From Bacteroidales bacterium (GTDB lineage Bacteria; Bacteroidota; Bacteroidia; Bacteroidales; UBA12077), in contig JANQHR010000046.1 of the NCBI GenBank assembly GCA_028282585.1, positions 32,001 through 96,000 of the forward strand: DNA of 64,000 nucleotides. Reading direction: 5' to 3'. Each line of letters begins with the position of its first letter. The first letter of the stretch is position 1. The notes below the pieces were generated by a model, which worked only from the letters and a program-made list of their open reading frames with translations, was not told where the DNA came from and ran no database searches. A program made the position numbers and the translations under genes. Of the stretch, positions 20,086 through 31,040 are shown in pieces.

Positions 20086-21795
20086 TTAAAAATTCCAATT
20101 ATTTATATCCAAATCAATATTAGTAACCTCTGCTTCGATAGTCTCCTTAACCAAATATCTTTCATCAATTGCAATATTATTTTCATCAAAATCCACTAGG
20201 CCTGGAACAGCATTTTCATGAAGGTTTTTCCATCGAATATCTGCCAGATATGTTTCCTTTAAAGAATATGAATTTGGTACTCCAAGTGATTTACAAAATT
20301 TAATAAACCTATTTACCCTACTATAAGCTTCTTCTCTACTAGGATAATAGTTCAGTTTCCATTTTTGAATAATTAAGGAATTATTATATTCTTCCGGGTA
20401 TAATGTTTCCCTATACTTTCCCCATTTATTGGAGTCAACTTGACCTGAAAAATAGTATATAAAAGGATTACAATCTGCTTCATAGATATAATCCTGTAAC
20501 TCCTCAATTAAATTCAAAGTAGCAAGGAAATCCTCTTCTGTTTCTTCAGGGTGTCCAACCACCCACATAGTTGTAGTCTTAATTCCTGCCTTTGCCAGAT
20601 TAATAACTGCATCTTTGATTTCCAAAGGAGATATCTTTTTATTCATTAAATCAAGAATCTTCTCTGATCCACTTTCAATACCTAACCTAGCTCTATAGAA
20701 TCCCCCTTCTCTCCAGGACAATGTATTTTCTATCCTACCCGACTTTTTATCTATTCTAAGATATCCATCAAAATAAACTGCAAGTTTATTCTCAGAAAGT
20801 TCTTTTGTTAAATCATCAATCAAAGGATTTAACAATGAATCACACATATAAAAGAGTTGCTTCTTGTTTTTATTGTATAAAGTTTTTAATTCCGTAATTA
20901 CGTTTTTAATATTTCTTTTCCTGTAATCTCCCCAGAAAACTGTTTCGGAACAAAAACTACATTGGAAAGGACAACTTCTTGACGCAAAGTTCGCTTGATA
21001 TAAATAATAATTTAAATCAAAATCTGAAAAATCTGGTTTATACTCATTTATTGTATCTAGATTGTTAATTAAATCATCTTTTGTATAAACCTTTTGGTTA
21101 GATTTTAATTTGCCCCGAATTAAATTCAGCAACAGTTGTTCTCCTTCTCCAATTATTATTTTATCAATATTTTTAGAAACCTTGATAAATCTATTATAGT
21201 TCGGAGTATCTACTTTTAAATCTGATGAGAATATTGGCCCTCCAAATATTGTTTCAATATGAGAAAACCTTTCTTTTATTATATTACAAACAAACATAGA
21301 GGCCGCAAAGGATCCTTTATTAACTGATAATCCAACTTTTGAAGGGTTATATTTTTTAACTAAAGCTAAAATATACTCTAATAGCTTATTAAAAAACTCT
21401 CCAATGATTTCATTAAATAGTTCAACATCATTCGCTGATATATCATAATAGAAAGTATTATAAAATATTGTATAAATAATTTTATTCAGTTCTTCTTGTG
21501 TTTTACTAAAAGCAAACGCCATCATATGTTCTGAAAGAACATCCATTCCAATATTATAAAGATGTAACCTTTTATCCTCCGGTATTACTTTTTCAATATT
21601 GAAGAAGTATTTTTTTTTGCAGTTATAAAAGTCTATATTGGTATTAGCATCAATATTTTTTACCTTAAATAAACTATTCCTCTCAATATAACTCTTAAGG
21701 CAAGCAATGCCTAAAGGAGGTATCTGCTGATCCCAATATGGCAACATTATTAAAAGGATAATTTTATTTTTTTTTAGATTTTCTCTCTCTCTCAT
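20086..21795 (-). CDS. B12-binding domain radical SAM protein (paralog of 49237..50895)
   Basis: PYWDQQIPPLGIACLKSY, FGGP, IGEGE, SRSCPFQCSFCSE, RLGIESG. ATG at 21795 is 1 nt after the upstream stop codon. Confidence 0.88.
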   Translation of the reverse strand: MRERENLKKNKIILLIMLPYWDQQIPPLGIACLKSYIERNSLFKVKNIDANTNIDFYNCKKKYFFNIEKVIPEDKRLHLYNIGMDVLSEHMMAFAFSKTQEELNKIIYTIFYNTFYYDISANDVELFNEIIGEFFNKLLEYILALVKKYNPSKVGLSVNKGSFAASMFVCNIIKERFSHIETIFGGPIFSSDLKVDTPNYNRFIKVSKNIDKIIIGEGEQLLLNLIRGKLKSNQKVYTKDDLINNLDTINEYKPDFSDFDLNYYLYQANFASRSCPFQCSFCSETVFWGDYRKRNIKNVITELKTLYNKNKKQLFYMCDSLLNPLIDDLTKELSENKLAVYFDGYLRIDKKSGRIENTLSWREGGFYRARLGIESGSEKILDLMNKKISPLEIKDAVINLAKAGIKTTTMWVVGHPEETEEDFLATLNLIEELQDYIYEADCNPFIYYFSGQVDSNKWGKYRETLYPEEYNNSLIIQKWKLNYYPSREEAYSRVNRFIKFCKSLGVPNSYSLKETYLADIRWKNLHENAVPGLVDFDENNIAIDERYLVKETIEAEVTNIDLDINNWNF

Positions 21796-21796
21796 T

Positions 21797-24700
21797 CTAA
21801 ATTGCAAAATCATTTAACTCATTTATAAAAGAATCAGAATCAGCTTGAGTCAGACCTATCTCCAACATTGAATTTTGATTATCCAATAATTCATTAGGAT
21901 TAACCACTACATATTCAAGGATATTTCTAAAATGATTTAAAACATTAGAAATCAATTCATCATCAAATAAATTTTTATTATACACTGTTATGATCTCAAA
22001 TTCTTCTCCTGGAGATATAATAATATTGAAGTTATAATTAGTTTGTTCCTCGTTATGTACTTTTTGGACTTTAAAACCAACATTTATATGTGTGCTACTT
22101 TTATTAAGCTCTTTAAAACCATCATTTATTGCAAAATTTTGAAATAGAAAAATATGGTCAATTAATTCAATTCCTTTATCTGTAAAAGATTGTATATCAG
22201 CCAGAGATGAGTATTCATATTTTTTTATTTCTAAGGTTTCATTTTTTATTCTATCTAAGAGTGTATTAAAAGTATCTGTTTCATTACGCTTTATTCTTAT
22301 TGGAACAGTATTTATAAAAAGCCCCACCATTTCTTCGACATTTTCGATTTCACTGGGTCGACCGGATGTAACTGATCCAAAAATAACATCATCAGTATCA
22401 TTATACAGTTGTAATATTAATCCCCAAACCGTTTGTAATAAAACATTTGGTGTTACTGCATTTCGGGATGCAAATTGAATTAATCTTTGCTTAACAGAAT
22501 CTTCAAGTTTTAAAGTTAACTTTCCTTTTTTAAATTCTGGTTCTTCTTTAATTTTCTTAGGCAAGCTATTAGCACCGTTAAAGTTCTGTAAATATTTTTT
22601 CCAAAAATCAAGTGACTTATCATTATCCTGAGATTGTAACCAGGTAATATAATTTCTAAATTTATTAGTTGGAGGCATTTTGTACGAAGCTCCATATTTT
22701 ACATTTCTATAAAATGTTAATAAATCCCTAAAAAGAATCGTTGTACACCATCCATCCATTAAAATATGATGAAAGCTCCAAATAAAAGTAAACTTTTGAT
22801 CTTCAGTTTTAAATAATGTCAATTTAGTTAAGTTATCCGAACTTAAATCAAAGCCTTTATATCTTTCTTCTGTTTTATATGTTTCAATACTTTTTTGTTG
22901 TTCAACATTATCTAAGTTTCTAATATCTTTAAAGTTTATTTTTACTTCACGTTTTGTTAAAACAATTTGAAGCGGCCTGTCTATATCTTCATAAACAAAT
23001 TTTGTTCTAAGAGTTTCATATCTATTTAGTACTTCGTTAAAGCTTTTTTCTAATATTTTACAATCTATATCTCCTTCAATGATAATCTCAGATTGCTCAA
23101 AATATTCTCCCGAATGTCTATCAACTAGTGAATGAAATAACATCCCATATTGCATTGGACTTAATTCATACATATCCTGAATGTTATTTCGATTAACACT
23201 AACTAATCTATTAAAGTCATTAAGAGTTATGTTTTTTAATCCAAAATCACTAGGTGTTAATTCGTTGTTTTCCTTTAACCTGCAGTGTTCAGTTATTTCA
23301 ATGAGGCTTTGCTTAAATTGATTTGTTAGTTTTTCTATTGTATTTTCATTATTCTCATGTTTGTTATATCTAAAAGTAAAACTTAATTGTCCTCCACTTG
23401 CCATTCCATTTACTTCAATTGCGTAAACAGATTCCATCAAATGGCTGATTGAATCACCAGCAGAATACTTTGAAAAACTATATAACTCTTCTTCTTCAAA
23501 GGAACTTATTCCACTACCTGTAAATTCTCCCAGATAGTTAAAGCATATTTCTGGTTTCAAATTGAATAGTTCGTTATTTTCATCGTTGCTATATTTTAAG
23601 ACCCCATATCCTATTCCTTTAAATGGTATATGTCTTAAATTTTCTTTAGTTTCTTTTATAAGTTCTGAAATATCTTCATAATTTTCTAAAACAATGGGAT
23701 ATTGAGTAGTAAACCAACCTATGGTTCGATTAATGTCAACATCATCAAATATTGCTTCTCTACCGTGTCCTTCTAATTCTACTGCAATTTTGCTAAGGTT
23801 TCCCCATTTACACACCGACTTTACAAGTGCAGATAATAGAATATCGTTTATTTCTGTATTATAAGCCTTATTTGATTTTTTTAAAATCTGCTCGGTCTGT
23901 GACTTATTAAAACTTACTGTTTTAATAATTTGATTTCCAATATTTTTACAATCACTTTTTACATTAAAATCTTTTGGAATGTTAGGAATTTCTCTTTCAA
24001 CAACTTTTTGCCAGTACAATTTCTCCTTTAATAGCTTAGAGCTTTTAGAATAATCATTTAATCTCTCTGACCAATATTTATAAGAATCTGTTTTTAAAGG
24101 AAAAATAGGCTTTTCATCTTTAAGAATTGAACTATAAGCTATGGAAAAATCCTCAAGTAATATTCGCCAGCTAATTCCGTCAATTATTAAATGATGTATT
24201 ACAAGTAAAAGGTGATCGCCTTCATTTGTGATAAAATGTCCTAATTTAACCAGTGGACCTTTCTCCAGGTCTATACTTCTCTGAATTATATTAGATTGTT
24301 TTTCTATAAAACTTGAAACTTCATTTTCTCCTTTCAAATTAAAAGTTTCAATCGAATAATTTTTATTCTCTAATCCATTATTATATTGGAAATATTCATT
24401 ATTTCTTTTATAAAAGACTGTTCTTAAGATATCATGATGTTCTACTAACTCTTTAAAAACGTTATTAATTATTGGTAGGTCAAATCCCTCTTTTTTATAC
24501 AGCATTACAGACTGATTATAATGATGTAAATCCATAAAGCCTGTATTTAACAACCATGACTGTATAGGGATTAATGGGATCTTTCCAGTTACCGGACTTT
24601 GACTTATCTCCCTTTCACATTTTAGGATTTTCTTACTTATTTGATCAATTTTTTGATATTTAAATATATCTGCTACAGATAATTTTAAACCATACATATT

Positions 24701-27193
24701 TAATCTTGATGCAATTTGAATTGTTTTAATGGAATCGCCACCTAACTCAAAGAAATTCGCATCAGTACTAATTTTATCTTTTGGAATTCCTAAAACCTCC
24801 GACCATACCTCAACCATTTTCTCCTCATTATCATTTGCAGGCAACTTACAGTCTAATGCATCTAACTCCGGCTCAGGCAATAATTTTCTATTAACTTTTC
24901 CGTTAGCATTTAAAGGAATTGTATCTATTTGAACAAAAAAGGAAGGAATCATATAGTCTGGAAGTGACTTTGATAGCTTATTCCTTATATTAAGATTTTC
25001 ACTATCGGTATCAGAAGTATAATAAACAACAATATATTTTTGACCTGTTTTATCATCAAAATTTATAACAACCGATTCTTTGATCTCTTGAATTTTATTT
25101 AATATCTTTTCAATCTCGCCTAATTCTACTCTAAATCCTCTAATTTTAACCTGGTGATCTATTCTACCCAAGAATTCAATATTTCCGTCGGGCAACCAGC
25201 ATCCTTGATCTCCTGTTTTATATAACAAATCTTTCATTGAACCGGCAAGCTTATTTACAATAAACTTACTATGAGTTAACTCTACTTTGTTTAAATATCC
25301 TCTAGCCAATCCTTCTCCTGCAATACATATCTCTCCAGGAACTCCTATTGGGCACAGCTCATTATATTTATTTGTAATAAAAATCCTCGTGTTACTTCGC
25401 GGTTTTCCAATTAATGAAATCTCATTATCTGATTTTCCCGAGAAATGATATGTAGTAGCTTCAACAGAAGCTTCGGCTGGTCCATAAGCATTTATTATCT
25501 TACCATTCCAATTTAGATATTTTCTGCTATTTTTAACAATTTCGATGGGTATATATTCGCTTCCTAAGGATAGGTGACTAAGATCTGGCAAAATTTCTCT
25601 ATTTGAATCTAACTCTATCATATTAAAAATTTCTTTCATCACAACTGGTACCTCATCAATATTATTAATATGATTATTTCTAAGATAATTAATATAGCTA
25701 CTGATATCTAGCCTCAATTCTTTTTTAATAAGATGTAAAGTTCCCCCTGAAATTAAAGGAGGGAATATTTGCTGAATAGCACCATCAGAAGCATAAGAGT
25801 TAGATAATAATACTTGAAAATCCTTTTTATGACCAAATTCCTTTATTGCCCATAAATTAAACTCTAAAAATGATTTATGTTCTATCAAAATTCCTTTAGG
25901 TACACCTGTAGTTCCAGAAGTGTACATGATATATGCAATGGAGGTTAACCATTCCTCATTTCCTTTACAATTAATGCCTTCCGATCGTAATTCCGTTTTT
26001 ATAATCTTATTTACATTAATTATCCTTTCCGATGGTAATTCTAATTCCTTGATTGTTAACCTATCAGTAATTAAGTATTTTGAATTACTATCTTTTAATA
26101 TAAAATTGATTCTCTCAACCGGATTTGAAATATCTATAGGTAAATATGCTGAACCTGCACGTAACACACCTAATATTGCTATAACCATTTCAATAGATGT
26201 ACTGCAAAGAATCGAAACAATATCATTGGACTTGATACCTTTTTTACATAAGTCAGAGACAACATTTGAAGATTTCTCAAATAATTCTTTATAAGTAATT
26301 TTTTTGTCTTCTAATATTAAAGCTGTACTATTAGGGGTTTTCGCTGCCTGCTCTTCAAAAAGTTGAGGAATTAGTTTAACCTTCGGGAACTCGGTTCTTG
26401 TATCATTAAACTCCTGTATTATAAGCTTTTGTTCTTCAAAACTTAAACTAGTTACTTCTTTTAATGATCTATTCAAATCATAACAAAAAATCTGCTCAAA
26501 AATATGTACTAAGTTTCTTGAAATTCTTTCTATTAAATCCAACGAATAACTAAAAGAATCATAATTGATATTACAATCTATATTTAAACCATCATTATTA
26601 AAATTAAATATTAAACCACAGTTGAAATCTGCAATAGATTCTGAATGATGGAAATCATTTAACATAACAACAACATCAAATAAAGAGCTTTGATTTCTAT
26701 TATTGAATTTACCTATTTGTTTTATCAGTATGTCAACAGGGTAATTCTGGTTACTTGTAGCTTCAATAATTGAATTTCTAATATTTGATAAAAAAGATCG
26801 TACGGAAAGACTTTTGCTAATCTCGATATATATTGGTAATACCGTATTTATCACATTCTTGGTATAACTTTCATTTTTTATAGGAATTCCAATAACCGTA
26901 TCTTTATTACCGGTATATGCCTGAAGTAGAAGAAAAATGCCAGATGTTAACATTACATGAAGCCTTTCTTTGTTACCTCTACTAAACTTTCTTATTGGTT
27001 CAGATATTTTTGTACTGAATTTAATATTATATGTATCATATTTGCAAACATTCCCACTATTTACTCTATTTTCTCTTTTATCAAAAGGAATACAACTAAT
27101 AGATTCAATATCAGAAAGTTTATTTAACCAATAAGATCTTTCCCTGAACTGCTGAAAGGCCCAGACTCTTTTATCCAGATCAGAAACACTCAT
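21797..27193 (-). CDS. NRPS: half-C (interface-like)-A-T-E-C
   Basis: ERSYWLNKL N-terminus without HHxxxDG; code DGQDSGAVEK; GGDSI; E motifs HHLIIDGISW, EGHGRE, RTIGWFT, FNYLG; DCL-type C with LSPMQYGMLFH and HHILMDGW. ATG at 27193. Confidence 0.93.
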   Translation of the reverse strand: MSVSDLDKRVWAFQQFRERSYWLNKLSDIESISCIPFDKRENRVNSGNVCKYDTYNIKFSTKISEPIRKFSRGNKERLHVMLTSGIFLLLQAYTGNKDTVIGIPIKNESYTKNVINTVLPIYIEISKSLSVRSFLSNIRNSIIEATSNQNYPVDILIKQIGKFNNRNQSSLFDVVVMLNDFHHSESIADFNCGLIFNFNNDGLNIDCNINYDSFSYSLDLIERISRNLVHIFEQIFCYDLNRSLKEVTSLSFEEQKLIIQEFNDTRTEFPKVKLIPQLFEEQAAKTPNSTALILEDKKITYKELFEKSSNVVSDLCKKGIKSNDIVSILCSTSIEMVIAILGVLRAGSAYLPIDISNPVERINFILKDSNSKYLITDRLTIKELELPSERIINVNKIIKTELRSEGINCKGNEEWLTSIAYIMYTSGTTGVPKGILIEHKSFLEFNLWAIKEFGHKKDFQVLLSNSYASDGAIQQIFPPLISGGTLHLIKKELRLDISSYINYLRNNHINNIDEVPVVMKEIFNMIELDSNREILPDLSHLSLGSEYIPIEIVKNSRKYLNWNGKIINAYGPAEASVEATTYHFSGKSDNEISLIGKPRSNTRIFITNKYNELCPIGVPGEICIAGEGLARGYLNKVELTHSKFIVNKLAGSMKDLLYKTGDQGCWLPDGNIEFLGRIDHQVKIRGFRVELGEIEKILNKIQEIKESVVINFDDKTGQKYIVVYYTSDTDSENLNIRNKLSKSLPDYMIPSFFVQIDTIPLNANGKVNRKLLPEPELDALDCKLPANDNEEKMVEVWSEVLGIPKDKISTDANFFELGGDSIKTIQIASRLNMYGLKLSVADIFKYQKIDQISKKILKCEREISQSPVTGKIPLIPIQSWLLNTGFMDLHHYNQSVMLYKKEGFDLPIINNVFKELVEHHDILRTVFYKRNNEYFQYNNGLENKNYSIETFNLKGENEVSSFIEKQSNIIQRSIDLEKGPLVKLGHFITNEGDHLLLVIHHLIIDGISWRILLEDFSIAYSSILKDEKPIFPLKTDSYKYWSERLNDYSKSSKLLKEKLYWQKVVEREIPNIPKDFNVKSDCKNIGNQIIKTVSFNKSQTEQILKKSNKAYNTEINDILLSALVKSVCKWGNLSKIAVELEGHGREAIFDDVDINRTIGWFTTQYPIVLENYEDISELIKETKENLRHIPFKGIGYGVLKYSNDENNELFNLKPEICFNYLGEFTGSGISSFEEEELYSFSKYSAGDSISHLMESVYAIEVNGMASGGQLSFTFRYNKHENNENTIEKLTNQFKQSLIEITEHCRLKENNELTPSDFGLKNITLNDFNRLVSVNRNNIQDMYELSPMQYGMLFHSLVDRHSGEYFEQSEIIIEGDIDCKILEKSFNEVLNRYETLRTKFVYEDIDRPLQIVLTKREVKINFKDIRNLDNVEQQKSIETYKTEERYKGFDLSSDNLTKLTLFKTEDQKFTFIWSFHHILMDGWCTTILFRDLLTFYRNVKYGASYKMPPTNKFRNYITWLQSQDNDKSLDFWKKYLQNFNGANSLPKKIKEEPEFKKGKLTLKLEDSVKQRLIQFASRNAVTPNVLLQTVWGLILQLYNDTDDVIFGSVTSGRPSEIENVEEMVGLFINTVPIRIKRNETDTFNTLLDRIKNETLEIKKYEYSSLADIQSFTDKGIELIDHIFLFQNFAINDGFKELNKSSTHINVGFKVQKVHNEEQTNYNFNIIISPGEEFEIITVYNKNLFDDELISNVLNHFRNILEYVVVNPNELLDNQNSMLEIGLTQADSDSFINELNDFAI

Positions 27194-27252
27194 GCTAATC
27201 AATAATTAAAAGCTATTATTATACTTCTTAATTGCTTATCTTACTATGATGG

Positions 27253-28374
27253 TTAGTTTGAAACGAAACTCTCTAATAAATCAATTGCTTCATTGAATTT
27301 AATAGATTCTATTCCGTAATTTATTCTAAAGTGATTATTTTCACCAAAAACATTACCGGGGAGTAATGAAACATTTTTACTTTTTAAGAGTTTTTGGCAA
27401 AATTCATTTGAATTGATGTTACCTTTAATTTTTGGAAAAGCAACTAGTCCTCCCTGAGGTTCCACATACTCAAAAATATGACGATATTTATGCATAAAGC
27501 TATTTAATGTAGCTACATTACTTAATATTTGTTCTTTAATATGCAGTAATAACTTAGCTCTATTTCTCAAAATAATTAAAGCCAGATAATCACTAATAGG
27601 TGAGGTTACATGTGTTAAATAATGCTTATATTCTCTGCATTCTTCTATAATTTCCTGATCTGAAATTAACCAACCTATTCTTAAACCATTTACACCAAAA
27701 CATTTTGTAATTGATCCGGTTGCTGCAACTTTTTTATGAATTTTATAACATATATCAAATCCTGACAACATCAAATCAGTACCAGACTGCAATGGTAAAA
27801 ACTTATAATGTTCGTCAAATAATAAATAAATATTATGCTTCTTAGCCATATAAGAAATAGCTTTTACTAATTCAATATCAAGTTTAGAGCCAGTTGGATT
27901 GTGTGGGTTATTGATTATTAACAACTTTGTTTTAGGAGTAATTATCGATTCAAGGGTTTCTAAACAGGGTATATAATTTGATTTCTGTTTTAAATCTAAA
28001 TATTTAATTTCACAGCCTATGGCTTTTGGCAGTTCCGATAAAGTCTGAAACTCCGGATACTCTACTATTACTTCATCACCAGGATTTAATATTGAATTAA
28101 AAAAAGTAAATAATGCTTCAGTAACGCCAGTAGTAACTAATACGTTTTCCACATTGACATTTTCATAACAAGAAATTATTTCTTTTCTAAGTTCAATAGA
28201 TCCTCTAGTATCAGGGTTCATTAAATTAATTTTTTTGAGATTATTAATATCTTCATTACAAAGTTCTAATATTTCATTTAATGTAAAATCAACATACCCA
28301 CTTTCTGCCAAATTATATCTAATAAATTGATTATCAGCCAACCAGTCTTCCATAATTAATTTGTCAATTTTCAT
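27253..28374 (-). CDS. PLP-dependent class I/II aminotransferase-fold enzyme (resembles the subfamily containing capreomycidine synthase VioD)
   Basis: INNPHNPTG, LFDEHY, GSITKCFGVNGLRIGW (PLP Lys); N-terminus MEDWL and NLAESG; 4-nt overlap with the upstream rSAM gene. Confidence 0.85.
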   Translation of the reverse strand: MKIDKLIMEDWLADNQFIRYNLAESGYVDFTLNEILELCNEDINNLKKINLMNPDTRGSIELRKEIISCYENVNVENVLVTTGVTEALFTFFNSILNPGDEVIVEYPEFQTLSELPKAIGCEIKYLDLKQKSNYIPCLETLESIITPKTKLLIINNPHNPTGSKLDIELVKAISYMAKKHNIYLLFDEHYKFLPLQSGTDLMLSGFDICYKIHKKVAATGSITKCFGVNGLRIGWLISDQEIIEECREYKHYLTHVTSPISDYLALIILRNRAKLLLHIKEQILSNVATLNSFMHKYRHIFEYVEPQGGLVAFPKIKGNINSNEFCQKLLKSKNVSLLPGNVFGENNHFRINYGIESIKFNEAIDLLESFVSN

Positions 28375-29339
28375 ACAAGTGCTCCTTTCTTTTTACCGAT
28401 CAAATCTTTACACTCACAGAATAATCCTTTTAAACCTGATACATCTTGTGTCTTATTAAAAAATTCGATTTCCCGCCGAATATTTTCATCACATTTTGGA
28501 CAAGAATTAGGCATTCTATCTTTAGAAAGGTTTTCATCGCTTAAACCAACAAAAATACAACCTTCCTGATGTGTTTTTAATATTACTTCAACAACACTCC
28601 AAAGGTTTAGCATTCTATATTCGGATTGTAAATATAATTTCTCAAGGTTTGAATCTTCTGATATGAAAACCGGCTCAAATGCTACTCGCGCATTTATCTC
28701 GTACTTTTTAGCAACTGAAAATACATATTTTGCACTTTGAACCGCATCATCGACAGCTTCACTTTCTGTTAGAGTTGGTGGTTTAATTAAAAGATAAACC
28801 AATAATGTACAACCTGATTCTTTTAGTGTCATAACAGTTTTCTCAAAGTCCTCTTTTGATAAGTTTTTATTTATTACTGTGTTTCTTACATAATCGTTAG
28901 CACTTTCAAGTCCAATTCCAAAATCTAATATTTTATTTTTTAGAACTTTTTTACACTCAGCTAATTTTTCAATGGTAACATACTCAGCTCTCGACTCAAT
29001 AGAAACTCTCTTTATATGAGGAATATCTGCAATCATTTTAAGCAAAGTTACTCTTGTTTGGGGATTAACTTCACTATCATTCAAAAAAGATCCAAGTGTT
29101 AGTAAATCAATTTCACCAACATCGTTAAGATCATGTGTTTTTAATGTTCTTTCAAATTGCATTATAATATCATCTTGGGATATGTTGTTACCTGCATTCT
29201 TTATAAATCCACAAACAGTACAACCACCATGATTTTGTCGTGCATATTCACATCCTGTAGTTTTCAACACTACCATAAGTCTATTCGTGTTTATACCATT
29301 TATGTTAACAGGACTTATTCTACTAAAAGCTGGTTCCAT
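28371..29339 (-). CDS. Radical SAM protein, RaSEA (archaeosine synthesis)/Elp3-like family
   Basis: Atypical Cx9Cx2C (GCEYARQNHGGCTVCGF), GSFLNDSEV, IESRAEY, GIGLESAND, YLLIKPP, C-terminal CPKC and CEC. Confidence 0.8.
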   Translation of the reverse strand: MEPAFSRISPVNINGINTNRLMVVLKTTGCEYARQNHGGCTVCGFIKNAGNNISQDDIIMQFERTLKTHDLNDVGEIDLLTLGSFLNDSEVNPQTRVTLLKMIADIPHIKRVSIESRAEYVTIEKLAECKKVLKNKILDFGIGLESANDYVRNTVINKNLSKEDFEKTVMTLKESGCTLLVYLLIKPPTLTESEAVDDAVQSAKYVFSVAKKYEINARVAFEPVFISEDSNLEKLYLQSEYRMLNLWSVVEVILKTHQEGCIFVGLSDENLSKDRMPNSCPKCDENIRREIEFFNKTQDVSGLKGLFCECKDLIGKKKGALV

Positions 29340-29368
29340 AATTTCTCAATTTATTAAATTATATATTA

Positions 29369-30919
29369 TTAGAAGTTACCAAAGGAATCACCATACTGTG
29401 AGTCTATAAGGGAAACATTTTCTTTTGCCACAATTATTTCATTAATAGTGATACTAGTATTATTAATGACTTGATTGACAATCTCTTTAAAGTATGTTAT
29501 TATTTTATCAATTGTTTCAGACTTAAATAATCTGATACAGTAAACAAAGCTTATAACTATATCATCTTTTGTTTCAACTACGTCTAATATCAAATCAAAT
29601 TTCGCTACACTTTTAACATGAACTAAATCGTTCTGAGAATTTTGGAAATTATCTTGTAAATCACCTACATTCAAGACATTAAACATAGTATCAAAAATTG
29701 GATTTCTGCTAAAATCTCTAGTTATATTTAATTTCTCAACTAAGTCTTCAAACTGATAATCTTGATTTTCGTAAGCTGATAATGTTCTACTTACTAAATC
29801 CTTAAGAAAATCGTTAAAGCATAAGTCGTACTTTGGATAATTCCGTAATGGTATTGTATTTACGAATATTCCTATAATTTTTTCCAAATCCGGATGGCTT
29901 CGTCCTGCTATAGGTAATCCAACGACTATATCTTGCTGTCCGGTTATTTTTGAAAGTAAGATATTGTATAAGGCTAATAATGTCATGCTAATTGTTGAAT
30001 TAGACTTTTTACATAATTCTCTGATTTTGGATGTAATAGATTTACCTAATAAAAAACTTACAGTGGCTCCCTCATAGCTCTGTGTTTCTGGTCTAGGAAA
30101 GTCATATGGCAAATCAAGTGTAGGAATATTATTGCTAAAAATTTCTAGCCAGTAATCTTCCTGCTTTTTCGTTTCTATATCATTCAGTTTACTATTTTGC
30201 CATTCTGAATAATCTTTATATTGTAACCTAGAATATTTAATACTTTTTCTATTTAAAAGATTTATTAAATCTTTCCTTAAGAGCTCCATTGATATTCCAT
30301 CTGATATGATGTGATGCATATCAACTAATAAATAACATTTACCTTCCTTTTCTTTTATTAACGCAACTCGAAATAATGGAGCTTCATTTAATTTAAATGG
30401 CTTAACAAATTGTACGAAAACAGAATCAATTTCCTTGGTATTCTTAATTTCAAATAGATCTATGTCATAAGAAAGATTCTCTACAATTTTTTGCTTTGGA
30501 TTATCATTATACAATTCAAATGAAATTCTAAAGCTTTCGTGTTTTTGTATAATCTTTTCTACAACAACTTTTAATTCATCAATATTTATATCATTAATAG
30601 GAAGTAACTGAGGCATATTATAAGCAGTACTTGATATATCCATCTGTTGAAGAATATATATTCTCTTTTGTGAAGAAGATAAATTATAATATTCCTTTTT
30701 CTCAGCACAGGAAATACCAGTATGAACCTTTTTTACTACTTTCTTACTAAGAAAATTTAAAAGATCTCTTTTATTATATTTTATTTCTTCTAAAATATCC
30801 GCACTTAAAACACCTTTGGGAGCATTAATTTTTAACTGGCCATTTACATTTTCTATGTATACACCCAAATTATTAAGCTTAGTTACTAAACCTATTACAT
30901 TATTAATATCTGTTTTCAT
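29369..30919 (-). CDS. Stand-alone condensation protein: beta-hairpin docking domain-C
   Basis: TubC-type N-terminal docking domain; LSSSQKRIY, HHIISDG, SRNPIFD; no A or T domain; ends DSFGNF. Confidence 0.9.
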   Translation of the reverse strand: MKTDINNVIGLVTKLNNLGVYIENVNGQLKINAPKGVLSADILEEIKYNKRDLLNFLSKKVVKKVHTGISCAEKKEYYNLSSSQKRIYILQQMDISSTAYNMPQLLPINDINIDELKVVVEKIIQKHESFRISFELYNDNPKQKIVENLSYDIDLFEIKNTKEIDSVFVQFVKPFKLNEAPLFRVALIKEKEGKCYLLVDMHHIISDGISMELLRKDLINLLNRKSIKYSRLQYKDYSEWQNSKLNDIETKKQEDYWLEIFSNNIPTLDLPYDFPRPETQSYEGATVSFLLGKSITSKIRELCKKSNSTISMTLLALYNILLSKITGQQDIVVGLPIAGRSHPDLEKIIGIFVNTIPLRNYPKYDLCFNDFLKDLVSRTLSAYENQDYQFEDLVEKLNITRDFSRNPIFDTMFNVLNVGDLQDNFQNSQNDLVHVKSVAKFDLILDVVETKDDIVISFVYCIRLFKSETIDKIITYFKEIVNQVINNTSITINEIIVAKENVSLIDSQYGDSFGNF

Positions 30920-31040
30920 GTATATATTCTAGCAGGAATTACTTGCCAAACGATTAAAATACTACTAATAAGACAACTAGATAATTACTATGTTTTATTA
31001 TTAGAAAGTATTTTAGTTTAAAATTTAACTGAGTTTGATA

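Noticed and set aside
21782-21793. (GA)6 dinucleotide run just after the start codon of the B12-rSAM gene as a possible phase-variation switch
   Set aside because: Too short to be convincing; the frame is intact and no read-level variation can be assessed.
29369-30919. Stand-alone C gene and half-C N-termini as frameshifted pseudogene fragments
   Set aside because: The pattern repeats three times with clean starts and stops, similar tails and intact intervening genes, which fits a genuine split architecture.
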